Assembly: GCF_963921235.1 (NCBI RefSeq)
Contig: NC_086109.1
Span: 2,046,001 to 2,110,000 of the forward strand
Length of the DNA stretch: 64,000 nucleotides
Source of the DNA: Mobula hypostoma
Taxonomy: Eukaryota
Reading direction: 5' to 3'
Translations under genes and position numbers: made by a program
Shown here: positions 23,691 to 35,401 of the stretch, one piece after another
Position numbering within the stretch: the stretch's first letter is position 1
How the letters are laid out: each line of letters begins with the position of its first letter
Notes under the pieces: model-generated
The model's database searches: none
What the model was told of the DNA's origin: nothing
Seen by the model: only the letters and a program-made list of their open reading frames with translations

Positions 23691-26458
23691 GCAGTATTTC
23701 TCTATGACTCCATGCCCTTTTGCACTCCTAATCAGCTTTGTAAGTGTACTCCTACATGCCCTGTAGTCCTCAAGGCATATTCCAGGTTCAGGAGACTCAG
23801 GACCCACACAGCCAGGTTCAGGTAAAGTTATTACCTTCAACCACCAGGCTCTTGAAACAGAGCTGATAACTTCACTGAAATTTACTCGCTCCATCACTGA
23901 ACTTGTCCCACAAACTAAGGGCTCACTTTCAAGGACTCTTCACCTTGTACTTCTGATATTTATTGCTATTTCTTTGTTTATTATTTTATTTCATTTTTTG
24001 CACTTTGTTGTCTTTTGCACATTTATTGTTTGTCCATCCTGTTGAGTGTGATCTTTCATTGATTCTGTTATGTTTCTTGGATTTACTGAGCTTTCACACA
24101 TGAAAACAAATCTCAGGATTGTGTCTGGTGACATATATGTACTGAGATGATAAATTTACTTTGAACCTTGAGGATCATCTGCATATTTCTTCAGAGGGCC
24201 TTACTGGACACACCCAACTAATTCCATCCCATTCAATACCCTGGCTATCTCAGGATATTTAGCCTTGACTTTGATCCAGGATGCTGGCACAGATGTTATG
24301 TCAAACATACTTTTCAGCCCGCCGTCATTTGCAAGCTCGAGGAGTTGATCTCCTTCCAGCGCTGACTTGGTGATGCGCGGGTAATGACCTCGAGTGCGTT
24401 CAAGTTCAACAGTGGGTGTGACAGGGAATGAGGAAAGGTGCAGCTCACTCCTATCGTTTCATATCGCCAAATCATATCGTTGCCTCGCGGCCCAGAGCAC
24501 ATGCTTTGTGGCTTGGTGGTTGGGGACTGCTGATCTATATATTTCTTCAGAAGGCTTTACTGGACACACTAAACTAATTCCATCCCATTCAATACCCTGG
24601 TACCGTGGCAGTCCCAGTCTCCATCAGGGACCTGTAATAACCCTATTATTCCTACAGCTATCTGTAACTTCTCTAATTCCCACTGATTACTGGCACCTAC
24701 AGCACAGTACATCCCTCAAAGTGATCATCCACTATTATTTCTAAATTGTACATGTACAGCCTCACTGGCTGACCCTCCAGAAATGGACTCTCCAAGTATT
24801 ACCATGATCAAAACTGGTGGCTACGAGCTTGTGGGCACTATGGAGATGTGGCTGAAAGAGGGTCAGAGCTGGGAGCTAAACATCCAACGATATTCATCTC
24901 ATCAAAAAGGCAGGTTGCTGGGCAGAGGGGTGATTTGGTAAAAAGAATGAAATAAACCCATAAAACAGATTGATGAGAGGATCAATAGATTAAGAACGTT
25001 TGTGGATGGAGTTGATGAACTTCAAAGGTCACAAGACCCTGAAGGGACATGTACAGGCTGCAGAATAGCAGTCAGGATGAGGGTACAAAAGGCATGTGAG
25101 AAACGCTGCCTTTCTCATGTGCTTTTTCTCCCAGGAGATAGAAAAGGAACGTGCGAAAGGCAATGTTACAATGATCATGGAGGACTCCCACAAGAATGGA
25201 CTGGGGAAAATCAGGCTGAGAGTGAACTCCATGCAAAAGAACTGGTGGCTTTCCAGAGCAACATAAGGTAGATCACACAAGGGAAGAGGCATGTCTAGGT
25301 CTGGACATTGTATAAAGAGGTAGACTTGATCAGGGAGCTTAAGGAGATAGAATCCCTTGCAGGCAGTGACCACAATCTAGTAAACTTCACCATGCAGTTT
25401 GAAGGAAACTGAAATCTAATGTAATGGTATTAGTTATCGAATCATTCAGCACAGACACAGGTAGTTTGATTTGACTGGTCCAAGCCAAATGAAATTACCC
25501 ATCTCAATCGTCAGTGTTTGGCCCTCAACCTTTCAAGCTTTTCTGATCTATGCACTTGTCCTACTGACATTTAGAAGTTGCTATTTTATCTGCCTTATCC
25601 CTTTCTCTGGCAGCTGATTCTACATAAGTATTTCCCAGTGTGTATTAAAGTTGTCTCCTCAAGTCCCTCAAATCTTAAATGTTGCCTCTCAAGTGCCTCT
25701 TCAATAATTCCCCTCAGATCTTAAACTTATGTCTCAAGTCTCAATTCTCCAGAAGTGGGGAAAAAGGCAGAGTATATTCACCCAATCAATGCTCCACGAT
25801 TTCATATCTCTCTAAAAGATCATGTCTCAGTCTCCTATGATCTGAATAAAGTTCTAACTTGTCCAACATCTCCTGGTGATGACCAAGGATAACTACAGAA
25901 GCATGAGAGAGGAGCTGGCCAGAGCTGATTGGAAGGAATTGATGATACAAAGATAGGTGGAGGAGCGGGTAGTGTTGAGGAAACAGGGAGCCTGCAGAGA
26001 GACTTAGATAATTTTGGAGAATGGGCAAAGAATTGGCAAATGAACTACAATCTTGGAAAGTGTATGGTCATGCACATTGGTGGAATAAATCAACAGGCAG
26101 ACTATTACTGTGTTTAGATGGGGAGAGAATTCAAAATGCAGAGATGCAAAGAGACTTGGGATTCCTTGAGCAGGACACCCTGAGGTAATTGAAGGCAGAT
26201 CGGTTCTTGGTTAGCCAGGACATCAAATGTATGAGGAGATGGCAGGGGAATATGGAAGCTGGAGGAATTGGATCAGCCCATGATTGAGTGGCAGAGCTAA
26301 ATGGCCTCCTTCTGCTTCTATAGTTATTGAATTATTCAGCACAGACACAGGTGATCCAATCCAAATGAAATGACCCATCCCAATTGGCAGTTTTTGGCCG
26401 TTAACCTATTAAGTTTTTCTGATCCATGCACTTGTCCAACTGACTTTTAGAAGTTGCT

Positions 26459-29400
26459 GACATGAGGAAATCTGCAGATGCTGGAATTTCAAGCAACACA
26501 CACAAAAAAACACTGGTGAACGCAGCAGGCCAGGCAGCATCTCTAGAAAGAGGTGCAGTCGAAGTTTCGGGCCGAGACCCTTCGTCAGGACTAACTGAAA
26601 GAAGAGATAGTAAGAGATTTGAAAGTGGGAGGGGGAGGGGAGATCTGAAATGATAGGAGAAGACAGGAGGGGAGGGGTGGATCTAAGAGCTGGTGAAGGG
26701 AGTGGATCATGGGACGGGAAGCCTGGGGAGAAAGAGAATGGGGAAGGGGAGCCCAGAGGGTGGAGAGCAGGCAAGGAGTTATACTGAGATGGACAGATGG
26801 AGAAAAAAGAGAGAAAAAAAATGGGGGAAAAATAAAAAATATATTTTAAAAAATATATTAGATAAATAAATAAGGAATGAGGTGTGAAGGGGAGGAGGGG
26901 CATTAACGGAAGTTAGAGAAGTCAATATTCATGCCATCAGGTTGGAGGCTACCCAGACGGAATATAAGGTGCTGTTCCTCCAACCTGAGTGTGGCTTCAT
27001 CTTTACAGTAGAGGAGGCCGTGGATAGACATATCAGAATGGCAATGGGACGTGGAATTAAAATGTGTGGCCACTGGGAGGTCCTGCTTTCTCTGGCAGGC
27101 AGAGTGTAGGTGTTTAGCGAAATGGTCTCCCAGCCTGCGTCGCGTCTCGCCAGTATATAGAAGGCCGCATCGGGAGCACCGGACGCAGTATATCACCCCA
27201 GCCAACTCACAGGTGAAGTGTCGCCTCACCTGGAAGGACTGTCTGGGCCCCTGAATGGTGGTGAGGGAGGAAGTGTAAGGGCATGTGTAGCACTTGTTCC
27301 GCCTACAAGGATAAGTGCCGGGAGGGAGATCAGTGGGGAGGGATCGGGGGGGGGGAAACGAATGGACAAGGGAGTTGCATAGGGAGCGATCCCAGCGGAA
27401 AGCAGAAAGTGGGGGGAGGGAAAGATGTGCTTAGTGGTGGGATCCCATTGGAGGTGGTGGAAGTTACGGAGAATTATATGTTGGACCCAGAGGCTGGTGG
27501 GGTTGTAGGTTAGGACAAGGGGAACCCTATTTCTAGTGGGGTGATGGGAGGATGGAGTGAGAGCAGATGTGCGTGAAATGGGAGAGATGCGTTTGAGAGC
27601 AGAGTTGATGGGGGAGGAAGGGAAGCCTCTTTCTTTAAAAAAGGAAGACATCTCCTTCGTCCTGGAATGAAAAGCCTCATCCTGAGAGCAGATGCAGCAG
27701 AGTTGTGAGAAGGGGATGGCATTTTTGCAAGAGACAAGGTGGGAAGAGGAATAGTCCAGGTAGCTGTGAGAGTCCGTAGGCTTTTATAGCAGACATCAGT
27801 GGATAAGCTGTCCCCAGAGATAGAGACAGAAAGATCAAGAAAGGGGAGGGAGGTGTCAGAAATGGACCAAGTAAACTCGAAGGCAGGGTGGAAGTTGGAG
27901 GCAAAGTTAATTAAGTCAACGAGCTCAGCATACGTGCAGGAAGCAGTGCCAATGCAGTCGTCAAAGTAGCAAAGGAAAATTGGGGGAGACAGATACCAGT
28001 ATAAGCTTGGAACATGGAGTATGCTTGGAACATGGATTTTTCCACAAAGCCAACGAAAAGGCAGGCATAGCTGGGATGCATACGGGTGCCCATGGCTACA
28101 CCTTTAGTTTGGAGGAAGTGGGAGGAGCCAAAGGAGAGATTGTTAAGAGTAAGAACTAATTCCACTAGACAGAGGAGAGTGGTGGTAGAGTGGAACTGGT
28201 TAGGTCTGGAATCCAAAAAGAAGTGGAAAGCTTTGAGACCTTCCTAGTGGTGGATGGAAGTATATAGGGACTGAACATCCATGGTGAAAATAAAGCGGGA
28301 GGTGGGCGCGGACAGGGAACTTAAAATCATTGAAAAGATTCAGAGCGTGAGAAGTGTCATGAGCATAGGTGGGAAGGGATTGAACAAGGGGGGATAAAAC
28401 AGTGTCGAGGTAGGCAGAAATAAGTTCAGTGGGGTAGGAGCAAGCTGAAACAATGGGTCTACCTGGACAGGCAGGTTTTTGGATCTAGGGTAGGAGGTAG
28501 AAACGGGAAGTGCGGGGTGTGGGAACTATTAGGTTGGTAGCTGTGGATGGGAGTTCCCCTGAGCTGATAAAGTTGGTGATGGTGTGGGAGACAATGGCCT
28601 GTAGCTCCTTAGTGGGGTCTTGATCGAGGGGTAAATAAGAGGAGGTATCCGTGAGTTAACGCTGTGCCTTGGCAAGGTAGAGGTCAGTACGCCAGACTAC
28701 AACAGCAGCCCCCTTATCGGCGAGTTTAATAGTAAGGTTAGGATTAGTGCAGAGGGAGTGGAGAGCAGAGCGATCGGAAGGAATGAAGTTGGAATGGGAA
28801 CAAGGATGGTGAAGTCGAGATGATTGATGTCCCGTCGGCAGTTAGCGACAAAGAGATTCGGAGCAGGCAGAAGACCAGAGCGGGGTGTCCATGAAGAGGA
28901 GGAGGGTTGAAGACAGGAGAAGGGGTCATCGGTAGGGGTGGGAGAGTCCTTGCCGAAGAAGTGGGCTCGAAGACGGAGCTGGTGGAAGAAGAGTTCAGCA
29001 TCATGGCGCATGCGGAACTTGCTGAGGTGTGGGCGAAGGGGGACAAAGGTGAGGCCCTTAGTGAGGACAGAGAGCTCTGCCTCAGAGAGTTCAAGGTCAG
29101 AGAGGATGGTAAAGACCCGGCACGGATGACAGTTGGGATCAGAGGGGTGAGGAGGAGGGAGGCTGGGGGTGTCAGTGGAGAGGGGAGGGTAGGGATGAGA
29201 GAAAGATGGAGCCTCTGAGGGCGCAGAAGCTGACAGTGGGATCTAGGGGAGACGGGGTTGTGGAGTGGTAGAGGGGGAAGGGGAGACAGGAGTCACAATA
29301 GCAGCACATAAAGACGCGGCCTGGAGTTCAAGGCTGGAGTAGCAGTTGGTGGCTGCAGAAGGTGTCCATGGTCGTTCCTGGAGTCCAGGTTTTGAATATG

Positions 29401-29605
29401 CCCTGGGGAGCAGGAGCTGCTGAGATTGATTTCATGCCTGCTAGCATCGGAGCCAGCAGGCTCTGGGGTCTGCAGATGTAAGATCTTGCGATCCTTGCCT
29501 AACATGACAAAGTCCAAGAAACAGCGATTGCACTTACAGATCCGACGGAGGATGAAATAACAGGTTGGACCATTACGAACAGCGAAGAAAGTGTCCCTGA
29601 GACGA
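26459..29605 (-). mobile_element. Penelope-like element (RT plus GIY-YIG endonuclease), 5'-truncated and frameshifted
   Basis: GIY-YIG ORF 26903-27229 (VIYCVRCSRCGLLYTGETRRRLGDHF); RT pieces (FLQTKGVAMGTRM; LFFHQLRLRAHFF); 10-bp TSD AGAAGTTGCT (26449-26458 / 29606-29615). Confidence 0.92.
26557..26592 (-). ncRNA. Minimal type I hammerhead ribozyme motif of the Penelope element (probably impaired)
   Basis: AGUC-CUGACGA-A-GGG(UCUCGG)CCC-GAAACUUC-GACU: core and stems I/II intact; the ACGU palindrome of stem III is changed to ACUU. Confidence 0.75.
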
Positions 29606-30344
29606 AGAAGTTGCTATTTTATCTGCCTTAATCCTTTCTCTAGCAGCTGATTCTACATAGGTATTTCCCATTGTGTATTAAAGTTGTCTCAAGTCCCTCA
29701 AATCTTAAATAAGTTGCCTCTCGAGTACCTCTTCAATAATTCCCCTCACATCTTAAACTTGTGCCTCAAGTTCTCAATTCTCCAGAAATGGGGTAAAAAG
29801 CAGAGTATATTCACCCTATCAGTGCTCCACGATTTCATAGCTCTCTAAAAGATCATGTCTCAGTCTCCTATGATCTGAATAAAGTTCTAACCTGGCCAAC
29901 ATCTCCTTGTGATGACCAAGGATAACTACAGAAGCATGAGAGAGGAGCTGGCCAGAGTCAATTGGAAGGAATTGATGATACAAAGATAGATGGAGGAGCG
30001 GGTAATATTGAGGAAACAGAGAGCCTGCAGAGAGACTTAGATAATTTAGGGGAATGGGCAAAGAAGTGGCAAATGAAATACAATCTTGGAAAGTGTATGG
30101 TCATGCACTTTGGTGGAAGAAATAAACAGGGAGACTATTATTTAAATGGGAAGAGAACTCTAAATGCAGAGATGCAAAGGGACTTGGGAGTCCTTGTGTA
30201 GGATACCCTAAAGGTTAACCTCCAGGTTGATTCAGTGGTGAAGAAGGCGAATGCAATGTTGACATTCATTTCTAGAGTTATAGAATATAAGAGCAGGGAT
30301 GTGATGTTGAAGCTCCATAAGGCACTCATGAGACCACACTTGAA

Positions 30345-30590
30345 GTATTCACTCACAACACGCTGGAGGAACTCAGCAGGTCAGGCAGCATCCATGGAAA
30401 TGATCAGTCAATGTTTCGGGCCGGAACCCTTCGTCAGGGCTGAAGAGGGAAGGAGCAGAGGCCCTATAAAGAAGGTGGGGGGGGGGGGAGGGTGGGAAGG
30501 AGAAGGCTGGTAGGTTCCAGGTGAAAAACCAGTAAGGGAAAAGATAAAGGGGTGGGGGAGGGGAAGCAGGGAATGATAGGCAGGAAAGGA
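30345..30590 (-). mobile_element. Penelope terminal fragment with degenerate hammerhead motif
   Basis: AGCC-CUGACGA-A-GGG(UUCCGG)CCC-GAAACAUU-GACU at ~30405-30441. Related fragments at ~140-270, 7700-7830, 11230-11340 and 55975-56060. Confidence 0.7.
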
Positions 30591-32459
30591 CTTGGAGTAT
30601 TGGTTGCAGTTTTGCGCTCCATATTTTAGGAAGGATATACTGACATTGGAGAGGGTTCAGAGAAGGTTCACAAGAATGATTCCAGGAATGAGAGTGTTAT
30701 TGTATGAGAAACATCTGGCAGCTCTTGGGCTGTATTCTCTGGAGTTCAGGAGAATGAGGGGGGGATCTCATAGAAACATTTTGAATGTTAAAAGGCCTGA
30801 ACAGATCAGACATGATTTCCCATGGTAGGGGAGTCCAGGAAAAGATTGCATGACTTCAGGACTAAAGGACACCCATTTAAAACAGAGGTGTGGAGAAAGA
30901 ACTTTAGTCAGAGGGTGGTAAATCTTTGGAATTTGTTGCCACAAGTGGCTGTGGAGGCCAAGTCATTGGGTGCATTGAAGGCAGAGACAGATAGGGTCTT
31001 GATTAGCCAGGGCATCAAAGGGTATGGGGAGAAGGTAAGGGAATGCAGAAACTGGAGGAATTGGATCAGCCCATGATTGAATGGCAGAACAGACTCAATG
31101 GGCCGAATGGCCTCCTTCTGCTTCTATATCTTATGGTCTGATGGGTCCCAGCATGAAAGAGAACGAAGCAGCAAAGGCAGGAGTTTCTGGGAGAAAGCAG
31201 AATTTCATCCCAAGTAAGAAGAAGGACACAAAGGGGAGGATGAAAAAATGGTGGCTGACAAGGAAGTCACAGGCAGCATAACAGCAAAAGAGAAGACATT
31301 ACAATATGGCAAAGATTTGTGTGAAGCCAAAGGTTTGGGAAAAGGATAAAACCCAACAGTCAACAACCTAAATAGCTGTACGAGAGGAGAAGATGAAATA
31401 CCACAGTAGACAATAAAAGAAGATTCCAAATGTTTTATGGGGCATGAAAAGGTTAAGAACTAGGCAAGAGAGGTTATTGGGCTACTGGAATATGACACGA
31501 GAAAAGAAGCAAAGGAGAATGAGGAAATGATGGACGAATCTCCTTATTCACAGATGGTGGTCAATCTGTGGAATTTGTTGCCAGGGAGCTCTGTGATGGT
31601 GAAGTTATTGGGTGTATTTAAGTGAGAGATCAATTGGTTCTTGATTGGTAAGGGGTTACGAGTTTCAGTGTGAAGACAGGAGAAATGTGATTGAATGACA
31701 GAGCAGACTCAACAGACCAAATGGCCTAATTCTGCTCCCGAAGCTTATGCAGTTTTGTGATGTTCTCCCTAATCGATATTACATCTCTCGTTCGTCTCTT
31801 ACCTCAACCATGGTCATACCAGTAGCATCTGTACCCCAGAACACTGAGCTGCCAGTCAGCCAGGTAGCCGTAATATCACAATCCTGTGCAGTGTGCACTA
31901 TCTGCAAAATCTGCTGTAGTCACTCACCCAAGCTACTGTGACAGGACCTTGCAAACCTGTCACCTCTCCCAACAGGAAGGATAAGAGCAGCAGTACAGGA
32001 CAACACCACCACCTGCAGGTTCCCCTCCATATCCCACAGCCTCCCTGGCCAGCTGGACAAACCACCTCCAGCCAGCTGGACAGATCATCTCCTTCTCACT
32101 GTGGCATGGAGTTCTCCACCTCACTGCAGTACACAGAAACAATGTTTGTACCATCCAGAGGGAGTCTTCACCCTGTCCCCACAGTGGCCTCCACGTGTAG
32201 TAAAGACACCTACCTTAGGCTATTGTTTAACAAACACAGATCCATCCTCTATTCCACAATTCCAAGGAAAATCATCTCCAAACTCCTAGAAATGAGACAC
32301 AACACATCCGTCTGCAACTGTATGCTTGGCCTCTTGACAACACAATCAGGAAGGAAGCACTGTGACATCCACAGCACAATTATTCTCACAGCGTTTGCAC
32401 CATGAGGAAAACCTCTCTCCAACTCTAGAGTTTGATCGAAATCATTTCTGTCTGCATGG

Positions 32460-34270
32460 ACGAAGGGAGAGAGAGCGAAAGGTAAAGGTAGTCTCTGAGT
32501 TATGAAGAGAGGTAGACAGAGCTCTGAACACTGGGAACAGGGAGCAGGATAAACAGAGCTCTGACCAGAGGGGACGGGGAAGAGGGGGTGTGGAGGGGGA
32601 CAGTGGGATTGTAGGGGAAGGAGGAGAGGAGAGGGGAAGGGGAGAGAGGTAGGGTAGTGGGAGTGGGAGAGAGGGGGAAGGGAGAGTGAAAAGGGGAGTG
32701 GGGGTGGGGGTAGAGGGGAGGGTGAGAAGGGGAGGGGGAAGGGAGAAGAGGGGAGGGGAGGGGAGAGGGGAGGGTGAGAAGGGGAGGGGGAAGGGAGAAG
32801 AGGGGAGGGGAGAGGGGAAGGGGAGGGGGAAGCATGGGAAGAAGTTGGGGAAGAGGGAGAGGGGGAGGGAGAGGTGGTATGGAGGGGGAAAGGGGGTTGG
32901 AGATGGGGAGGAGGAGAGGAGAGGGGAAGGGGAGAGAGGTGGGGTAGTGGGGGAGGGGAGAGGGGAGGGGAGAGTGAAAGGGGAGTGGGGGTGGGGGTAG
33001 AGGGGAGGGGGAAGAGGGGAGGGGGAGGGGAGAAGAGTGGAGGGGAGGGGGAAGGGGAGGGGGAAGGAGAGGGGAGGGGAAGGGGAGAGAGAAAGAGTGG
33101 GAAGAAGTTGGGGAAGAGGGAGAGGGGAGGGAGAGGTGGTATGGAGGGGGAAAGGGGGTTGGAGATGGGGAGGAGGAGAGGAGAGGGGAAGGGGAGAGAG
33201 GTGGGGTAGTGGGGGAGGGGGAGAGGGGGAGAGGAGAGTGAAAAGGGGAGTGGGGGTGGGGGTAGAGGGGAGGGGGAGAAGGGGAGANNNNNNNNNNNNN
33301 NNNNNNNNNNNNNNNNNNNNNNNNNNNNNNNNNNNNNNNNNNNNNNNNNNNNNNNNNNNNNNNNNNNNNNNNNNNNNNNNNNNNNNNNNNNNNNNNNNNN
33401 NNNNNNNNNNNNNNNNNNNNNNNNNNNNNNNNNNNNNNNNNNNNNNNNNNNNNNNNNNNNNNNNNNNNNNNNNNNNNNNNNNNNNNNNNNNNNNNNNNNN
33501 NNNNNNNNNNNNNNNNNNNNNNNNNNNNNNNNNNNNNNNNNNNNNNNNNNNNNNNNNNNNNNNNNNNNNNNNNNNNNNNNNNNNNNNNNNNNNNNNNNNN
33601 NNNNNNNNNNNNNNNNNNNNNNNNNNNNNNNNNNNNNNNNNNNNNNNNNNNNNNNNNNNNNNNNNNNNNNNNNNNNNNNNNNNNNNNNNNNNNNNNNNNN
33701 NNNNNNNNNNNNNNNNNNNNNNNNNNNNNNNNNNNNNNNNNNNNNNNNNNNNNNNNNNNNNNNNNNNNNNNNNNNNNNNNNNNNNNNNNNNNNNNNNNNN
33801 NNNNNNNNNNNNNNNNNNNNNNNNNNNNNNNNNNNNNNNNNNNNNNNNNCAGGAGAGAAGGAGATGGATAGATGGAGTACTGAACACTGGGGAGAGGGAG
33901 AAGGGTGAGAGCAGAGGGCAGAGCGGTGAGTAATAAGAGCTCTGAACACAGGGCAGAGAGCAGAGGGGCGAGGGCAGCGGGGAGAGGGGCGAGGGGCGAG
34001 GGGCAAGGGGAAAGTGATAGAGCTCTGAACACAGAGGAGAAGGGAGAGGAGAGCGGTGAGTGGAGCGGGATAGGCAGAGCTAAGAATAGAGGGGAGAGGG
34101 GAGAAGGGAGAGGCGAGAGGGGAAAGGGATAGACAGAGTTCTTAACACAGAGGGAGAGAAGAGAGGGAGAGACAGAACTCTGAACACAGGGGAGAGAGGA
34201 CAGGGAGAGACAGAACTCTGAACACAGGGAAGAGAGGACAGGGAGAGACAGAACTCTGAACACACGGGAG
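32460..34270. repeat. Polypurine (GA/GGA) low-complexity tract with internal repeats, spanning assembly gap 33288-33849
   Basis: Almost pure G/A on the + strand; 562 Ns; acagaactctgaacacaggg units at ~34150-34270. Confidence 0.95.
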
Positions 34271-34334
34271 AAGGGCGAAGCTGGAAGATCTCCCTGTTCT
34301 CTAATAACTATCGATCACCACAATCTGACCTTAC

Positions 34335-34386
34335 CCACACGGGCGACCCAGGCGGCAACACATAGCAGGGACGAGACCATCCACAT
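34335..34386 (-). CDS. Signal-peptide (leader) exon, probable first coding exon of the V-set gene
   Basis: acgATG TGG ATG GTC TCG TCC CTG CTA TGT GTT GCC GCC TGG GTC GCC CGT GTG G|GTAAGG = MWMVSSLLCVAAWVARV with a phase 1 donor, matching the phase 1 acceptors of V1-V3. Linkage to the V exons is inferred. Confidence 0.72.
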
Positions 34387-34399
34387 CGTGAAGGCGTTT

Positions 34400-34480
34400 T
34401 GTCGATCTGGAGTTTCGGAGAATCTCGGGGAAAAACAGGAAGGGACTTCCGGTTACACCCGGCCCGCCACTTCCGAAGGG
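34400..34480 (-). promoter_or_regulatory. CpG-rich TATA-less promoter with two ETS sites and a GC box
   Basis: ACTTCCGG 34445-34452, CCCGCC 34463-34468 and ACTTCCG 34469-34475, 60-90 bp upstream of the leader ATG. Confidence 0.62.
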
Positions 34481-34943
34481 AAAATGCAGGAATTCTGTGA
34501 GACGACACTTGTCTGTTTAACACATCGACCCGTTGTATCTTTACCCACAGACTTTTTAAATCTCTCTACCCGACTGTTTCCTCAAACTATTTCCACCCGC
34601 TTTGTTGCCCTCACTTCTATCTCAACCCTCACTCCACCACAATCGTCGTCCAGCAGTCTGAGGACCAGCCCCGTGTGGCGGTCGGGTTTGCAGGAAATCC
34701 GCGGTCAGGGACCGGACCTACACACACACAATCAGAATCAGGTTTAATATCATTGCGTAATTTGTAGTTTTGCGGCAGCAGTGCAATGCAATACATAATA
34801 AAACTATAAATTACAATAATGATTAAATCACTCGTGAAAAAGAGGGGAAAATAGTGAGTTCCTGGATTTTAAAACGCAAACAACAACACATCAAAGTTGC
34901 TGGTGAACACAGCAGGCCAGGCAGCATCTCTAGGAAGAGGTGC

Positions 34944-34979
34944 AGTCGACGTTTCAGGCCGAGACCCTTCGTCAGGTCT
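34944..34979 (-). ncRNA. Minimal hammerhead ribozyme motif in a Penelope terminal fragment (34880-35000)
   Basis: AGAC-CUGACGA-A-GGG(UCUCGG)CCU-GAAACGUC-GACU; keeps the ACGU palindrome, with one stem I mismatch and a G-U pair in stem II. Confidence 0.7.
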
Positions 34980-35401
34980 AACTGAAGGAAGAGTTCGTAA
35001 GATTCTTGTCCAGTCAGAAATCTGATGGCGGAGGGTAAGTATCTGTTCCTGAAACGTTGAGAGCGTGTCTTCAGACCCCTGCACGTCCTGCTTCATGGTA
35101 GCAACGAGAAGAGGGTATGTCCCGAGTGGAGGGGTCGTCAATAATGGACGCTGCCTTTGCCAGGTGTCGTGGATGCTGTGGAGGTGAGTGTCCATAATGG
35201 AGCTGGATGAGTTCACAACTCGCCGCCGCTTTTTCCCATCCTGTGCAGCGGAATCTCCATATCAGATGGTGATGTAACCAGTTAAAATGCTTTCCGAGGT
35301 ACGTCTGCAGAAATTGGCAGGTGTCTTTGCTGGTATACCAAATTTCCTCAAACTCAAAGGTTTCAAAGGTACATTAAATGTCAGAGAAATGTATACAATA
35401 C

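Larger units (their letters stand above)
25431..31140. repeat. Older tandem duplication of CR1 debris (25431-26320 vs 26321-31140); second copy split by a Penelope element
   Basis: Both copies start tagttat.gaat.attcagcacagacacagg; 25577-26180 matches 29610-30200 at roughly 85-90%. Confidence 0.8.

Noticed and set aside
32249-34263. Long proline- or glycine-rich ORFs of 300-590 aa
   Set aside because: Artefacts of the polypurine tract and the N gap.
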